This document shows positions 1 through 13,616 of a DNA stretch of 64,000 nt, one piece after another. The stretch's first letter is position 1; every line of letters begins with the position of its first letter. Source of the stretch: Octopus vulgaris (lineage: Eukaryota); assembly GCA_951406725.2 (NCBI GenBank), contig OX597814.1:103974001-104038000 (forward strand), read 5' to 3'. The notes beneath the pieces are model-generated. The model had not been told where the DNA came from, did not search any database, and saw nothing but the letters and a program-made list of their open reading frames with translations. The position numbers and the translations under genes are program-made.

Positions 1-659
1 AAAGTGGATCGTGATTATACTGATATCTGATTTAGGGGTCAGTAATGTTGATAACCCATTGATGGATCCCTTTGACTATGAACTTAATTGTCTGACAACA
101 GACAAATTAATTAGGAAGGTTGCTGATGGTGATTTAGATTGGTTAACAAACGACAAGGTTAGGAAGAAAGGTTTAAATTTTAATACCAACTCTCTCTCTC
201 TCTCTCTCTCCTCCTCCTCCTCTCTCCCCCTCCCTCCCTCCTTCCCTCCCTCAAACTATATTTGCCCTCTTCTGCCTCCATGCTTATTATTAACCACCAA
301 CTACCTCTTCTTCTATATTGTGTATATACAAACAACCAGATACACCAAAACACAGTGATGATATCAAACTCTGAGTATATGAATTTTACTCTCTCTCTCT
401 CTCTCTCTCTCTCTGTTGAATGTATTACTATTATTATTTTTTTCCCAGTTGCTTCATAGAGAATTGCTTCCTTAATTAACAAACTTACACCCATCATGAC
501 TACCCTAACCCTAATAAGGGTCACCAGGCACTATATTGATCTAAATTGATGCTTCATTTGCAACCATTTTTGTATCTAGACAAACATCCAACAATAATAA
601 TGGATTATCTACTTAGGATTTGATCCCTCTAAAAGCTTTCTGAATGTTTCTTTCTTCAG

Positions 660-795
660 CTGTTAAAAAATAAAAAGAGTGAAGAGAACCAAAACATCCC
701 TCGGGAACCTCGATGTTTGTTTGTGATGCGACATGGCGAGAGATGTGATTTTGCCTTGGGAAGAGATTGGGTTGACTCTTGCTTTAATTCCGCAG
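660..795 (+). CDS. UBASH3: UBASH3/Sts-like histidine phosphatase, internal exon with the RHGE catalytic motif (upstream exons lie outside the window)
   Basis: Acceptor tttcttcag|, donor cag|gtgag. Translates LLKNKKSEENQNIPREPRCLFVMRHGERCDFALGRDWVDSCFNSA(G). RHGER is the phosphoglycerate-mutase-family signature of Sts proteins. Confidence 0.92.
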
Positions 796-1399
796 GTGAG
801 TTTCACTTACTTTTATAAGTATTTACACTCACACATACATACATACATACATACATACATGCATGCATGCATGCATGCATGCATACATACATGCATGCAT
901 GCATGCATACATGCATGCATCCACACGCACAACCCAGAAGAGACAGATTTCTGTTAGAAACTTCAAGTTTCATGCAGCCAAATTGAATTGTTTTAAGAAA
1001 TTCTTACCAAATGTGTTCAGTTCCTTTTTCTTTCTTTTGTTCACACACACACACACACACACATCATCACCATCATCATCATTGAATATCTGCTTTCCAT
1101 GCTGGCATGGGTTGGATGGTTTGACAGGAGGTAGCAAGCCAGAGAGCTGCACCAAGCTCCAGCTGTCTGTTCTGGCGTGATTTCTACACCTGGTATACTT
1201 TAGAGTATACCAGGTGCTTTTTATGTGGCACCGGCACCACTGCTTTGTTATTTATACCAGTCTTAAGTGAATGGGAGAATTGTGAAAGATAGAAATAACA
1301 GGAAATTGTTAAAATGTCTTAGAGAAAAGATTGGTTTATTTGGTGCAGTTCCTGGAAAGAATTGAAAAAATGGGACAGCAAAGAGCAGTTCTCTGTTGA

Positions 1400-2280
1400 T
1401 AGAAGAGAAGCTTGATGCTAAGGGCAGATAGTGCAGAAGATGCAGAAAAGGATTTGCCTGTGTTTGGTATTGGCAGAGCATTGGTGTAGTATTCCAGATT
1501 GCAAGGCTGTGTTTTAAGGTAGAGAAAAATATATTTGAAAAAACAGTTACATACTTTCCCTAACTGATGCTGAGAAGAAAGATGATTAGAGATGTTATTA
1601 GGAGAGATTATTGAATGTGGAGAATGTGTGAATGGAAGAAGACCTGCATGAAGTCCCACCTAACTGTGGAACCAGCTATTGAGGTAGACGGTCATACAGA
1701 CAAAATGGCCATCAAGACGATGAAGTCAAAGAAAGAAGCTAATCCATTGAAAATACCTGACAAAACAGGACTTACGTTAATCACATACATAAGTCAGCTG
1801 ATATAAAGAGGTGTTGTGGCCAATGACCATAAAAGCAGTGTAAATGATCAACTGCTACGAGGACAAAGGAAAAAATTTCGAAAATAGCAAATTCAAAGGT
1901 ATCAAACTGTTCTTTGAGTATCAGTGTTGTAGCATAATTGATTTGTAAGGAAGTCGACTTTGATGGTTTGCAATTTGTATTTATTCTGGCTCAGAGAACC
2001 ATTGATCCCCTCCTCATTGACAACTGCAAAGACAAAAAACTTCCTGACCAAGAGTAAGCCTTTCAACCTAACATTTATGGATTTAAAGGAAACCTTTATT
2101 AGAGCACTACGATCTTTTAGCTTGGGGATCATTAAGAAAACTAGGAACAAGAATGGTTAGTTCAGGTAATGCAAACTATGGCGCAGGGATGCAGTCAGAG
2201 CTATGTGAAGGTTGGAGGTGAGTACAAGTAGGTACCCCCAATGGTCAAGTCCCAGCCCACCCCTATTTATTGTAGTGTTC
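1400..2280 (+). mobile_element. old, decayed RTE-type LINE fragment in UBASH3 intron
   Basis: Frame-broken peptides (NVEN.., VEPAIEVD, KPFNLTFMDLKE, cccagcccacccctatttatt = LSPLLFI-like) are collinear with the younger RTE copy at 54100-55150. Confidence 0.55.
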
Positions 2281-2576
2281 ACAATATTTAAACTAAATAA
2301 TTCTTCAAGAATAAAATTTCAAAACTGCTTCTGGCTTGATATAATGCCAGAGATATTTCAATAAAAGGACATGCCAATCTTTTCAAGAGAAGGACCGCTT
2401 TTGAAAATCTTTAGCTGTTCTGTTGTGTCTGGGGAGAGTCATTTTCTTTTTGTGCCTTATAATATAACACACTCGCCAGTAAAATTTCCACTTTTTTTCT
2501 TATTTTCATTTTCCTAAAATTTTCGTTGCGTCTTGCAACCTTTTCAATAGTCTTATTTCATTGTTTATATTTTTAG

Positions 2577-2696
2577 GAAGATACAGTAGAATCAACCTAA
2601 ACCTTCCGAAGAACATGTTGAAAAGAAAGAATTACCTGGACTTCATCAAAGACTGTCCGTTGACAGAAGTTGGCAAATTACAAGCACGTCTTACTG
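2577..2696 (+). CDS. UBASH3: UBASH3/Sts-like phosphatase exon
   Basis: ttttag| and |gtaag sites, 120 bp, phase 1-1. Encodes GRYSRINLNLPKNMLKRKNYLDFIKDCPLTEVGKLQARLTG, resembling the Sts segment GRY.R.NLN.P...D.P.T..G..QARL.G. Confidence 0.92.
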
Positions 2697-3059
2697 GTAA
2701 GGACACAGATTTACCTACAAAAAAAACCCCTTCTTTTACAATCAAATACAATTTCTCTGCTCTTTTATTATTTCATTAAAGATATTTAATATTCTAACAC
2801 ATTGATATTATTTTTGAACTGAGAAAGATTTGGGTTTCAATGAGATTTTTCATGTGAGACCAATCTGATAGGATTTGGTGGCAGTGGGGTTACTGTTAAT
2901 TTTTGGGGAGGTTTTTTACTTTATAAATTTTTTTTTTATGTAATCAATGTATGCAAGTTGAAGATACTGCAGTAGACTAATTTGAATAAGTGGCCTTCAT
3001 TATTATTATTATTATTATCATTATTATAATCAGATGGAACACTTCTTGAGACATCTCTT

Positions 3060-3430
3060 TTCCTTGTTTCAGTCAATAGACTGCAGCCATGCTGTAGCAT
3101 CACCTTGTAGGGGTTTTAATCAAATGAATCAACTTCCTTTTTTTAAAAGCTTTTTACTTGTAGCATCTCTTTTGCTAAACCACTATATTATGGGGACATA
3201 AACACACCAACACTGGTTGTAAAGTGGTGGTGGGGTGGGGGATAAACACAGACACACACTCATATATAACAGGTTTCTTTCAGTTTCCATCAACCAAATC
3301 CACTCTCAAAACTTTGGTTGGCCCGAGGCTATAAGAGAAGATACTTGCCCAAGGTACCATGCAGTGGGACTGAACCCAGAACCATATGGCTGGGAAGCAA
3401 ACTTCTTACCACACAGTCACCTCTCTGCCC
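3060..3430 (-). mobile_element. tRNA-derived SINE, family C (gtggtaagaagcttgcttcccaaccacatggtt...)
   Basis: Homologous to copies at 21455-21815 (+), 22075-22490 (-), 23130-23900 (+, interrupted) and 29060-29460. B-box-like gggttcagtccc. Confidence 0.75.
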
Positions 3431-4902
3431 ATCTCAGCACATAAATTTACCAGCCTTACAGAGTTTTGTATTCAGTACTCAATGTGTGTGTGTATGAGAG
3501 AGAGAGAGAAAGTGAGATGCTTGTGTAAAAACTCCTGAAGAGCATTGCTTAAAATAATGTGAAGCCATTTATGAAACTCCTGAGAATTAAATCAATGTAA
3601 ACAAAACTTGTAGAGAATAAGTTACAAAGAAACTGAGAAAGGAATTGAGGATGACATTTGATCTTTTTGTTGTATCATCAATGTTTTATGAAGTCTTTCT
3701 CTTGCAAATTGTCATTAAGTAAATCTTCATCAAATTTTTTTATAATTAATATTTCTTGGGGAAAATTTGTCTGCTCCAAATGGAACAGCTTTTAAACGAG
3801 ACGTTTTTACTGAGCTGAAATGAATTTAAAGAAAAACTCATCTTCTGAAAATAACGAAAATTAGCCAAATTTTGTCGCCTCAGAATTGATACTAGTTTGT
3901 ATCTAATTACCTCCCCTCTTTCAATGAATATTGTTTATTACCTCCTCTTGATTCTTCGCCAACTTCTTTTGAGGGTTCCCTGACGAGCTGAAAGAAGGGA
4001 GACAAATTAAGCAGAACCTGTGTGTTTTTGTAAAATTTATCTGTTAATTGTTAGAGTGTTGTCAACAGAGGGTTAATATATGTAAAGTGCCAATCTATTA
4101 CAAACTCTAAACCACAGGCAAAGGGTCTCTTTTTTCTGCTTTTTCATTGTTACAGCAACAGCCTTTATTCCTTGGTAACTGCCTCATCTTGTGTCCCTTT
4201 CATTCACATACTCCCAACCCATCTTACCCCGTCTCATCATCTATACTGTGCCAGGCCCCACCACACAGACACACTCATATACCAGGTCTCGCATCAACCT
4301 CTAGACATCAACTTACTAGAATTCACTCTGTGCATGCGTTTTGTTTGTTTTGTTTTGTTTTTCTCTCTGCTAGTGTTCAATAAGAACATTGATGACCACA
4401 GCATCACCACTCTTTACGAGAACACAGAGGAACACATTTCCTGACCCCAGGAAAAAAGAGATTTCCTTAGGAACATTATCAACTACACACACACACATTG
4501 TCTATGTTTTGTTTGTTCACTGCTGTATAACACTTAAGGGACGACTCCCTCAATTACGCTGAGTGTTAAAATACCTGAAAGTCATTGAGAGGTGAGACAA
4601 CTCATTTCTGATTGAATTTTGCTATTTTTATGGCTTAGCAACATCACATGCCTGAATCGAACCAGGGACGACCCAAATCACCAGTCTCTGACTATATACA
4701 AATAAGATAAGAACTATTTGCTGGTGTGCCATGGTGATGCACATGCATAAGATTTGTTTCAGGAACGTGATGTTGATAAGCCACAAAACTGGTGAGATAT
4801 TGATATGCATCATCCTTGAATTTCATCACAGGTGAGTTGTCTCACCTGTGTATGATTTTATACAGCAATGAATCATCAAACAAACAAAGCCCAGAGCATC
4901 AT

Positions 4903-5500
4903 CCGTCTGGAACCCCTATCTTGCCCAGGATATTAATCGTCTGGAAACTGTTCAGCGAAGTGCAACCAAAAGAATACCCTCCATCAGGCATTTGCCATAT
5001 TCTGAACGCCTTACTTCCCTGGGCATGGACACATTGAAACTCTGACATATGGCAGCTGACTTGGCAGATACCCATAAAATTATTAACCATCTTACAAACA
5101 ATAACTCTGAGCACATTTTCAAACTCCACCTGTCTAACACCTGTGGACATGTTTACAAAGTCAGAAAACAGCACAGCCCCATGACATTCGGACACATTTT
5201 TTTTGCGCTAAGAGTTGCTGAAGCATGGAACAAACTGCCGGCATCAGTTGTTAGTTGTCAGAGCACTGCATCCTTCAAAACTTCCATACTTCCTGAGATT
5301 CACCAACACTACACCTGATTTTCTTCCCTCCATACACACGCAAGCATGTATCTGACTCATACACTGTTCACTTCCCAGACATTTGTACATTACTGCATAT
5401 GCTTTATACGCACTTTTTGGCAATTTGTGATGCACCTGAGCACTGTATACAATAATTTCATTATTATTATTGTTGATGATGATGATTATTATTATTATTT
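4903..5500 (+). mobile_element. 5'-truncated CR1-type LINE (ORF2 C-terminus + 3' UTR + (att)n tail)
   Basis: Closely similar to 45380-45980. Peptide ..HIFFALRVAEAWNKLPASVV.. and the shared 3' end gcacctgagcactgtatacaataatttcattatt. Confidence 0.9.
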
Positions 5501-5836
5501 CATTTGCAGCCAATAATGATTCTGTTTTTGATTCAGTGTTGAATTTCTAAAGAACATTTTCAGATTAGTTTTGGCCTTTTTTTTAGTAATTCTTTAATGA
5601 CTTTAATGATTCTTATTCATCTTGAATGGAATAAATCTTGGTTATTTCATTCCAAATGTGTAAAATAATGAGTTGGGACTATTTTGATCAGAGAGAAAAA
5701 AAAATTGGTGGAAGAAAATGTTAAATAAAAAGTTTATCAAGAAAAATGTTTTAAATGTCTGAAATAAATTGTTATTTATACACTTTATGTTTAGTGTGTA
5801 TATTTACAACACACAATATATATTATACTGTATTAT

Positions 5837-7910
5837 GTGAAGGCACATGGCCTAGTGATGAGGGTGTTATAATCATTAGATTGTGGGTTCAATTCCCAGA
5901 CCAAGCAGCATGTATTTCTTGAGCAAAACACTTCATTTCTGGAAATATGTGCATTCAAAGCAGAGACCTCACTCTCCAGTGGGCCCTCTTCGCAACCCTC
6001 ACACGAACCAGATCACTGACGACCCCAAGGAATGCGCAGAACTCATTGCCGAGTGCTATGCAAACATATTCACTGTCAAAAGTCAAAATGTACCATCTTC
6101 ACCATCACTAACAGCAAACTCCATAACAACTATGGAATTTACACCTGCAATGCTGCGACGTCACCTTCAAAATAAGCGCAACTATGCCTCCCCTGGTCTC
6201 GATGGAGTTACATACCTGCTTCTCAAACGTGGCAGGCACTTCCTTTTACACCAGCTTTCTATTTTCTTCCAGTACTGTCTCAACAATGGTGCTACTCCAG
6301 AGCAGTGGAAAACTGCCAGTGTCATTCCTCTGTTCAAAAAGGGTGACCGCACATCACCTGTCAACTATCGCCCAGTCAGTCTCACTAGCTGTATTGCAAA
6401 ACTGATGGAATCGTGTGTCAGAGAAACACTCTGGAACTTCTGGAGCTCTCACAGTCTCATCCGACCCTCACAATATGGATTTGTCCCTAACTCCAGCTGC
6501 AGTGACCAGCTTGTCGAGTTCCTTGAGGACATTACTCAGATCACTGACAGTGGCTCATGGGTGGATGTTGTCTACCTTGACTTTGCTAAGGCTTTCAACT
6601 CTGTGCCACACAAAAGGCTTATGGTGAAACTCTCTGCAATGGGTGTGGGGGATGACCTTTTTAACTGGTTGAAATCCTTCATCCTCAGCCGAAAGGAGGT
6701 AGTCACAGTTCTAGGACAGCACTCTACACCATATGAGATGTCATCGGGTGTACCACAGGGATCTGTCCTTGGTCCCCTCCTGTTTGTGGCATACATTAAT
6801 GACATAGATGCCAATTTAAAGAATGCCACAGTATTGAAATATGCAGACGACATCAAGCTGTACCTTGAAATCAAGAGGACTGATCCTGATGTCTACAACT
6901 CTTTCCTGCAATCAGACCTAGACACAATGCAGCAATGGATCACAGACTGGCAACTGAAACTGGCTGTGGACAAGTGTACCACCATGCATTTTGGGAGAAA
7001 AAACCCTGCGTCCACATACTCCCTCCACAACACTGATATCAAGAAATCCTCTTGCGAGCGTGACCTAGGCATCACTGTCAGCAGTGATTTGCGTTGGACA
7101 AAGCATATCTCTAAAATTGTCAAGAAGGCCGAGGGTGTCTTGGCATCACTCAGCAAGACTTTTGTTAGCCGCTCTCCAGCCATCTATTTAAAACTATACA
7201 GCTATGGTACGACCACACTTGGAATTTGCATCATCAGTTTGGAATCCCTATCTTGCTCAGAACATTGACCTCCTGGAATCTGTCCAGAGACGTGCAACCA
7301 AACACATACCCTCCATCAGACACCTACCATATTCTGAGCGCCTTGTTTCCCTGGGCATGGATTCACTGAAGCTCCGGCGTCTGGCGACGGACTTGGTAAA
7401 CACCCACAAGGTTATCAACCACCTCACCAACAACAACACTGAACACCTTTTTGATCTCCATGTGTCTAACACACGTGGACATGCCTACAAAGTCAGAAAA
7501 CAACACAGCTCCCATGACTTTCGGAAACATTTTTTCATGCTCAGGGTTGCTGAAGCGTGGAATAAACTGCCTGCGTCAGTTGTTGACTGCCATGACACTG
7601 CATCCTTTAAGGCCCTCATGCTTTCCGAAATCCGCCGAAACTACACCTGATTATATATACACTTTAGATGAGTTGTAGTGCACCTGAGCACTGTACACAA
7701 TTATTATTATTATTATTATTATTATTTCGCATTGCTCCAGTTCACTCAGTTGTAAACTGTAAAAAATAACCTTCCAATCAGGGAGGTGTTGGCCTGCATG
7801 CATAGTCAGCCGGATGCCATCATTCAAAAGCTAAAACAATGTAAAGTGCACTGTGAGCAGTGATGTATGACAATATCCAATAGTCTGGTCAATCACATGA
7901 GCACATGATG
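5837..7910 (+). mobile_element. tRNA-derived SINE, family B, split by a LINE (head 5837-5939, body 7724-7910)
   Basis: The two halves rejoin into the sequence seen intact at 11517-11750 (ttgagcaaaac.cttcatttc|.cattgctccagt.cactcag). Confidence 0.8.
5940..7723 (+). mobile_element. 5'-truncated CR1-type LINE, ORF2 reverse transcriptase, one frameshift near 7200
   Basis: ORF 5883-7268 has RT motifs NYRPVSLTS, YLDFAKAF, GVPQGSVLGP and YADD. ORF 7204-7650 continues with VRPHLEF..VWNP and TRGH..K..FF..RV..WN.LP. (tta)n tail, atttc duplication on both sides. Confidence 0.95.
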
Positions 7911-9515
7911 TTGTATTCTATCCTCATATCAGCCACTTTACCTATTTGTTTTTATACCAGGAGTTGAGATATCCCAGCAATCACCAGAAACAACTGAAAG
8001 GAACAGCCCCAAACTCTGCCCTACAAATATATATCTCCCCATGCGCTGTGGTTGTCGTTTTTGGTCCCAACCAAAAGGAAATAACTCCAATGAACTGAAA
8101 ATAAATTTTTTCTGCTTAAGTTTTTCACTTGATACTTTCTAACCACCCATAGTGAAGAACCCATGTCAGACTATTCCTTTCAGCCTTTTTTTCTGATGAT
8201 TGCTGGATTTATCTCAAATCCTGGTATGAAACCAAGTGGCAAATTGGTTGATATCAAAGATCAAAATATTTATTTATACCATATCCACCAATATATGAGT
8301 GCCTGTTTTTTTTGTAACTCATTGATTTTTAGACAACTTTGTGTGTGTACCTCATATATAGTGTGTATATTTATATAGCAGCCAGATAAGGGGAAGTGGT
8401 TTTATGTTTTTACCAGTTTCTAGTACTCCCCTCACTCTGTTATTAGAGTTTGTAGATAATTGTAATGATATTTTAAATATTTAATCAATTATCAGGCGGA
8501 CCCAAAGCTTCTAAGCTATGATATCAGTGTGAAAATACCAAAATCTGTTAGGAACATCAACTTGCTCTACCGTTCTATGCTGATGTTGATGTAAATGTAA
8601 ATGTTGTAAATAGAAAACACTCTAGACACGAGGTTGAAGTTATGTATGTATCTCTTTTTGTGTGTGTGTGTGTGTGTGAGAAAGAGAGAGAGAAATATCA
8701 ACAAGAATGAATTGTCAATTCAGTTTATCTTATTTGTTACATACCAAAAGAGAAAAAAAAAAGACCTCTTCCAATCTTGTTGGTAGAATAATGCTGTAAT
8801 AAGATGAGAGCACATGGTTTGTGAATATAGATTTAAGACAGAACAAAATTCAGCAAAGAATATAACAGGTGTTAATTTATATTAATCAAGGTGTAATGTG
8901 TTTTTGAGATATATTTTGTGTTTTTTCAAAGTCACTTGAATAAAGAAATTGTATCAAGATGTATACAAAGAGATAAGTGGAAGCAGAAGTCTTGTTCTTA
9001 TTCAACTGACAGAAGTGACTTGATCAAAATAATGTCACGTTTGGAGAGTACGGTTGGCAAAAAAAAGAGACTGAGAAGAAACAGTTTAACTAAAGCTGTT
9101 GGTCATAACTAAGAGATTAGTTGCAGTGTTTAAATGTAGCACAATCTCTGCTACAATATAACTGATCTCTGTTATAACTAATCTCTATGAAATTGGCCAA
9201 CATTAAGGCCTCGTACCTGTAAACTCCTTTTCCACTTCTCTATTCCCTATATATTCTGTTTCTAGCCTCAGACCAGGCCACAATGGTGTCCAGTGTTTGT
9301 GTTTCAAGTTACATATTGTCCCTTCAATGTTTCCAACTTGAAAACTGAAGATGTTTGGGTTTTTAGTTTATCTCCCTGTTTAAAATAATTCATCTGAAAT
9401 AAGTTTTTTTTTCCTTTTCTTTTTTCTTTTTGTTTTGACAAGGGGGAGATAAATCAGTGTAAATTATGTATTTTTTATTCTGTTTAATTTTGTTGTTTTT
9501 TTTCTTGTGTTGTAG

Positions 9516-9608
9516 GTGAAGGTTTACGAGATGCTTCAGTGAACTTGTCTCATTTGTATGTCTCTCCAGCTCTACGATGTATTCAAACAGCTCATGAAAT
9601 TGTTACAG
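9516..9608 (+). CDS. UBASH3: UBASH3/Sts-like phosphatase exon (SPxLRCxQTA motif)
   Basis: Polypyrimidine tract + tgtag|, donor cag|gtatc, 93 bp, phase 1-1. Encodes EGLRDASVNLSHLYVSPALRCIQTAHEIVT. Confidence 0.92.
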
Positions 9609-10000
9609 GTATCTAGAATTGATTTCGTTTTATTTTAGTTTAGCTTATGTAAAATTAAAATCAAATTAATGTCATCTAATTTGTTAATCCTCATTACTAT
9701 TTGAATCGAGAGACTGGCTAAAACCAAATGCAGCTTTGTTTTTAGCAGTCTGCTTCAAATGTAAGCTGCCAAAGTATTTAAGGTTTTACATGGACGAGGA
9801 TTTGGGAGATGTAGAATGGTGGCCTCCACATAATCCTGTTGTTGATGCTAATGGTTTGTGGAAATTTTGCATTGGTAAACATAAATACAGGAACAAATTT
9901 TGCTTAGTGAGGTGCAACCCAAGGTTCGAAATTTTTTATTAACGAGGTTGATTTTTTTCAGTCATAATATCAAAAGAAATATAGGTATAGTTATATTAAC

Positions 10001-10034
<34 letters not shown>

Positions 10035-10275
10035 GAGTGAGAGAGCAGTGCATGCCATCAAAGTGACACTGGGGTAAAATATACGAAGCCCAGTATATCC
10101 ATCATGACTACCTGTCTGATAAGGGTACACCAGGCATATGCATCACAACCATATGTGCACGACATGGTGATCTCATATCAAGATAAACAGTACATGACCT
10201 TGCAGGTGGGGCCCAGCTAGAATTTTATTCTGGTCGAGTAACCCATCCCGCTCAAAAGGTCCCTGAATAAGGGAC
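10035..10275 (-). mobile_element. retroelement 3'-end-like repeat inserted in a (TTA)n microsatellite
   Basis: Complex ~240 bp block flanked by (tta)n on both sides. A partial second copy (ccatcatgactacc...aagggt.caccaggca) lies at ~490-530. Family not assignable. Confidence 0.45.
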
Positions 10276-10276
10276 C

Positions 10277-10307
<31 letters not shown>

Positions 10308-10309
10308 TA

Positions 10310-10525
10310 GGTGGCAAGCTGGCAGAATCATTAGCACACTGGACAAAATGCTTAGTAGTATTTTGCCCATCACTATGTTCTGAGTTCAAATTCCACCAAG
10401 GTCGACTTTGCCTTTCATTCTTTCTGGGCCGATGAATTAAGTACCAGTGAAACACTGTGGGGGTCAATGTAATTGACTTCTCCCCCTCCCCAAAAATTTC
10501 AGACCCTTTGTCTATAGTAGACAGG
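10310..10525 (+). mobile_element. tRNA-derived SINE, family A (gctggcagaatcgttagc...gagttcaaattcc...gtcgactttgcctttcatcc)
   Basis: A/B-box-like head. Other copies at 13381-13616, 21175-21375, 24585-24785, 26295-26610, 48980-49120 and 63457-63685. Confidence 0.8.
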
Positions 10526-11370
10526 ATTATTATTATTATCATAATTATTATATTTGAACCTCAATCAAACCAGATACATCCAATAATGGAAACATAATGT
10601 ATCAGAACAGCTCAAGCATGTTTCTACACCCATTCATTTTGGCAAGGTGGATATTCAAAGCATTTTCATTGCCCTACCCAAAATTTTAAGGGCTATGCCT
10701 GCACCCAAACCAATGGTGATGTACTATGATTTCACAAATTGTAGGTTTTTGATGTGTTTTCTGTTTTTTACATGACTTTATTCCCATTGCAGCAGAATCT
10801 AACAAAGTGTGATAGAAAATGTTTGAAAGTTGGAAGTTTGGACAAGAGTTTAAAGATCCCTACAGCTAAAAAGGAGTGTAGAACATATGGAGTAGGTGGG
10901 GCTGGGCCAAGAATATCCTCAATGCTGGAACTTTTAAAAGTTATGCTTCATGAAGGAGACCAGTGCAGTTGTTGCTACATGTCTGGCATCGATCAGCAGC
11001 CAACAGATTCTATATCCAAAATATTGGTGCCAGGAGGTTTCTTGATCTCTCTCTCTCTCTCTTTCGACAACTCAATTAGAATTATTGAGTTGTGAGAGCT
11101 GAAGTTCCAAAGACCCAGTCTTCAGTGACAGTGATAATAAAATAAATAGAGCTTATCTAGGCTATGAATCTGCATTGCATTTAGTTGGTCTGAGCAGAGT
11201 TATTTCCCTTAGTCAATCCATTTTAATGTTTGTGAATGTTTTTCAAAGAATATTAACTTTCATTTTATTTTCCTTTATTTGGAAAGAGAAAATTCCAAGC
11301 AATTAGAAACACTATCGTATACAAGATACTATTTTTGTATCTATTGGCATTTCTTTTAAAATAAAACAAA

Positions 11371-11835
11371 ATTTACATTATTTACATTTGACGGATATTT
11401 GTCCTCATCTCCACAGCCTTCATCAGGTGTCTTGGGGAAATTTCGAACCTGGGTTCTCATTCCTAAGGTGTTATTCGATGTTGTTGTTGTTGTTATTACT
11501 ATTATTATTATTATTGTGGAGGCGCGTGGCTTAGTGGTTAGTGTGTCAGCATCATGATCGTAAGATTGTGGTTTCGATTCCTGGACCGGGCTACGTTGTG
11601 TTCTTGAGCAAAACGCTTCATTTCACATTGCTCCAGTCCACTCAGCTGGCAAAAATGAGTAATGCTGCAATGGACTGGCGTCCCATCCAGCTGGGGAACA
11701 CATACGCCATTGAAACCGGGAAACCGGGCCTGGCTAGGCTTTAAAAGGGCGCAAAAATAAAAATTATTATTTTTATCATTATTTTTATCATTATTATTAT
11801 TATAATTATTATTATTATTCAGGTCACTGCCTGAA
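11371..11835 (-). mobile_element. short hammerhead-core-bearing repeat (same family as 20578-20945), interrupted by a family B SINE
   Basis: 11381-11480 matches 20578-20720 and carries CTGATGA on the minus strand. The family resumes after the SINE with (tta)n-ttcaggtcactgcctg at ~11818-11834. Confidence 0.75.
11517..11750 (+). mobile_element. tRNA-derived SINE, family B
   Basis: A box tggcttagtgg, B box gtttcgattcc, body gtgttcttgagcaaaac. Related copy at 52575-52880. Confidence 0.8.
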
Positions 11836-13380
11836 CTGTATTAAAGTAAAATTTGTTTTAGGAAAAAATTATTGTGGGAATGGATTTGTGGAGCCTTGTG
11901 CAGCCTTCTGGCTTCCCTGATCCCCGGTCGAACCGTCCAACCCATGCTAGCATGGAGAACGGACGTTAAACGATGATGTTCTGTGATGTGAAGCCATGTA
12001 TCATGGCAACCAAAGTTTTGTTCAGTCTGAGAGGAGAATTATTTTAATAAACGAAAACACAGTCACAGACATTTCATCTCTGTTGTAATGGAATTATATC
12101 AGCGATTGGGTCACTTTCGTGGAATGAAAATATCCACACTCCAACAAATAAAAGTAATTTATCAGTTTTTGTTGGGGTCATGGCTAGAAGGGTTCCTCTT
12201 TGATGAAATTGCATGAAAAGATTCATTTGGAATCTTTTCATCAAATTAAAATCTTCATTTCTATTTACACTGGAATTTATTAGTTGAACTAAATATTGGT
12301 TTCAAATTTTTGCACAAGGCCAGCAATTTTGAGGCAGGGGCAAGTCAGTTATATCAATCTCTAATACGTGACTAGTATTTATTTTATTGACCCCCCCCCC
12401 CCCCAAGGATGAAAGTGGAAATCAGCCTCAGTGGAATTAGAACTTGGAAGGATTCTGCCACATTATTCTTCAACTAAATATCAACAGCAGTCACAATTTT
12501 CAGGGTCTTTAATAAAAAATGTTTAAGTTGTCAAAATATTTAATAAAATGTAATAAAGTTCATGCAATGAAAATTTAGCTAGATTAAAATGATGGAAAAG
12601 TCTGTGTGTCACAAGAAATTTACTGTGCATTGATGCAATGTCACACACACACACATCTCTGAGGAAATATCTAGAAGAAAGTATTTCTCTTGAAACAACT
12701 TCTTTCCACATCTGAAGATCTTTCCACATCCAAACGTACACAATCGTGTTTCATATAATTGTACACATATATATATAAATAATTGTAACTATTTAATTTA
12801 TAATGAATTAATAATTAACTCATTATTTTTTACGTGCCACTGGCACAGGTATCACAACTTCAAATGGAAATTGTAGTTAAGATACCAGTGCCGGTGGCAT
12901 GTAAAAAGCACCATCTGAACGTGGCTGATGCTAGCGCCGCCTTGACATCCAGCTGTAGAAACCCTGCCAAAATTGGCAGGAGTTGGACAGTTTGGCAGGA
13001 GCAGGCAAGCCAGAGAGCTGCACTATGCTCCAAGGGTCTGTTTTGGTTTGGTTTCTATGGCTAGTTGTCCTTCCTAACCCCAACCACTTTCACAGAGTGT
13101 ACTGGGTTCTTTTTACCAGTGCCAGCAACCACAGGGTTACCAAGTAGCTTCTAAGACAAGGACTTCTCAGCTGAGCGAGAGAGAGAGAGAGAGGAAGCAA
13201 AAGATGTGGCCAGGGTAGAGGTCGGAGTATGACGGAGGGACAGGAATAGGTGTCTTATTACAGAGGAGATACTTGAGCCCCATGGTAGGATAAGGAAAGA
13301 AAGGGAGATGGGAAAGAATAAGAGAGAGAGATGGAGGGAGGTCCTACTCGGAACATTGGTGGGGTAGTATAAGGTAGCAA

Positions 13381-13616
13381 GGTGACAAGCTGGCAGAAGC
13401 GTTAGCACGCCGGGCAAAATGCTTAGCGGTATTTCGTCTGCCATTATGTTCTGATTTCAAATTCCACTGAGGTCGACTTTGCCTTTCATCCTTTCAGGGT
13501 TGATTAAATAAGTACCAGTTATGCACTGGGGTTGGTATAATCGACTTAATCCATTTGTCTGTCCTTGTTTGTCTTCTCTGTGTTTAGCCCCTTGTGGGTA
13601 GTAAAGAAATAATAGA
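13381..13616 (+). mobile_element. family A SINE flanked by a 95-bp direct duplication
   Basis: Full-length SINE. 13286-13380 is repeated at 13617-13711. Confidence 0.85.

Noticed and set aside
3975-4002. tcccCTGACGAgctGAAAgaaggga and other CUGANGA/GAAA-like near-matches (about 2520-2550, 3535, 28043, 34945-34975)
   Set aside because: Stem II, stem III or the core is missing or too degraded to separate from chance.
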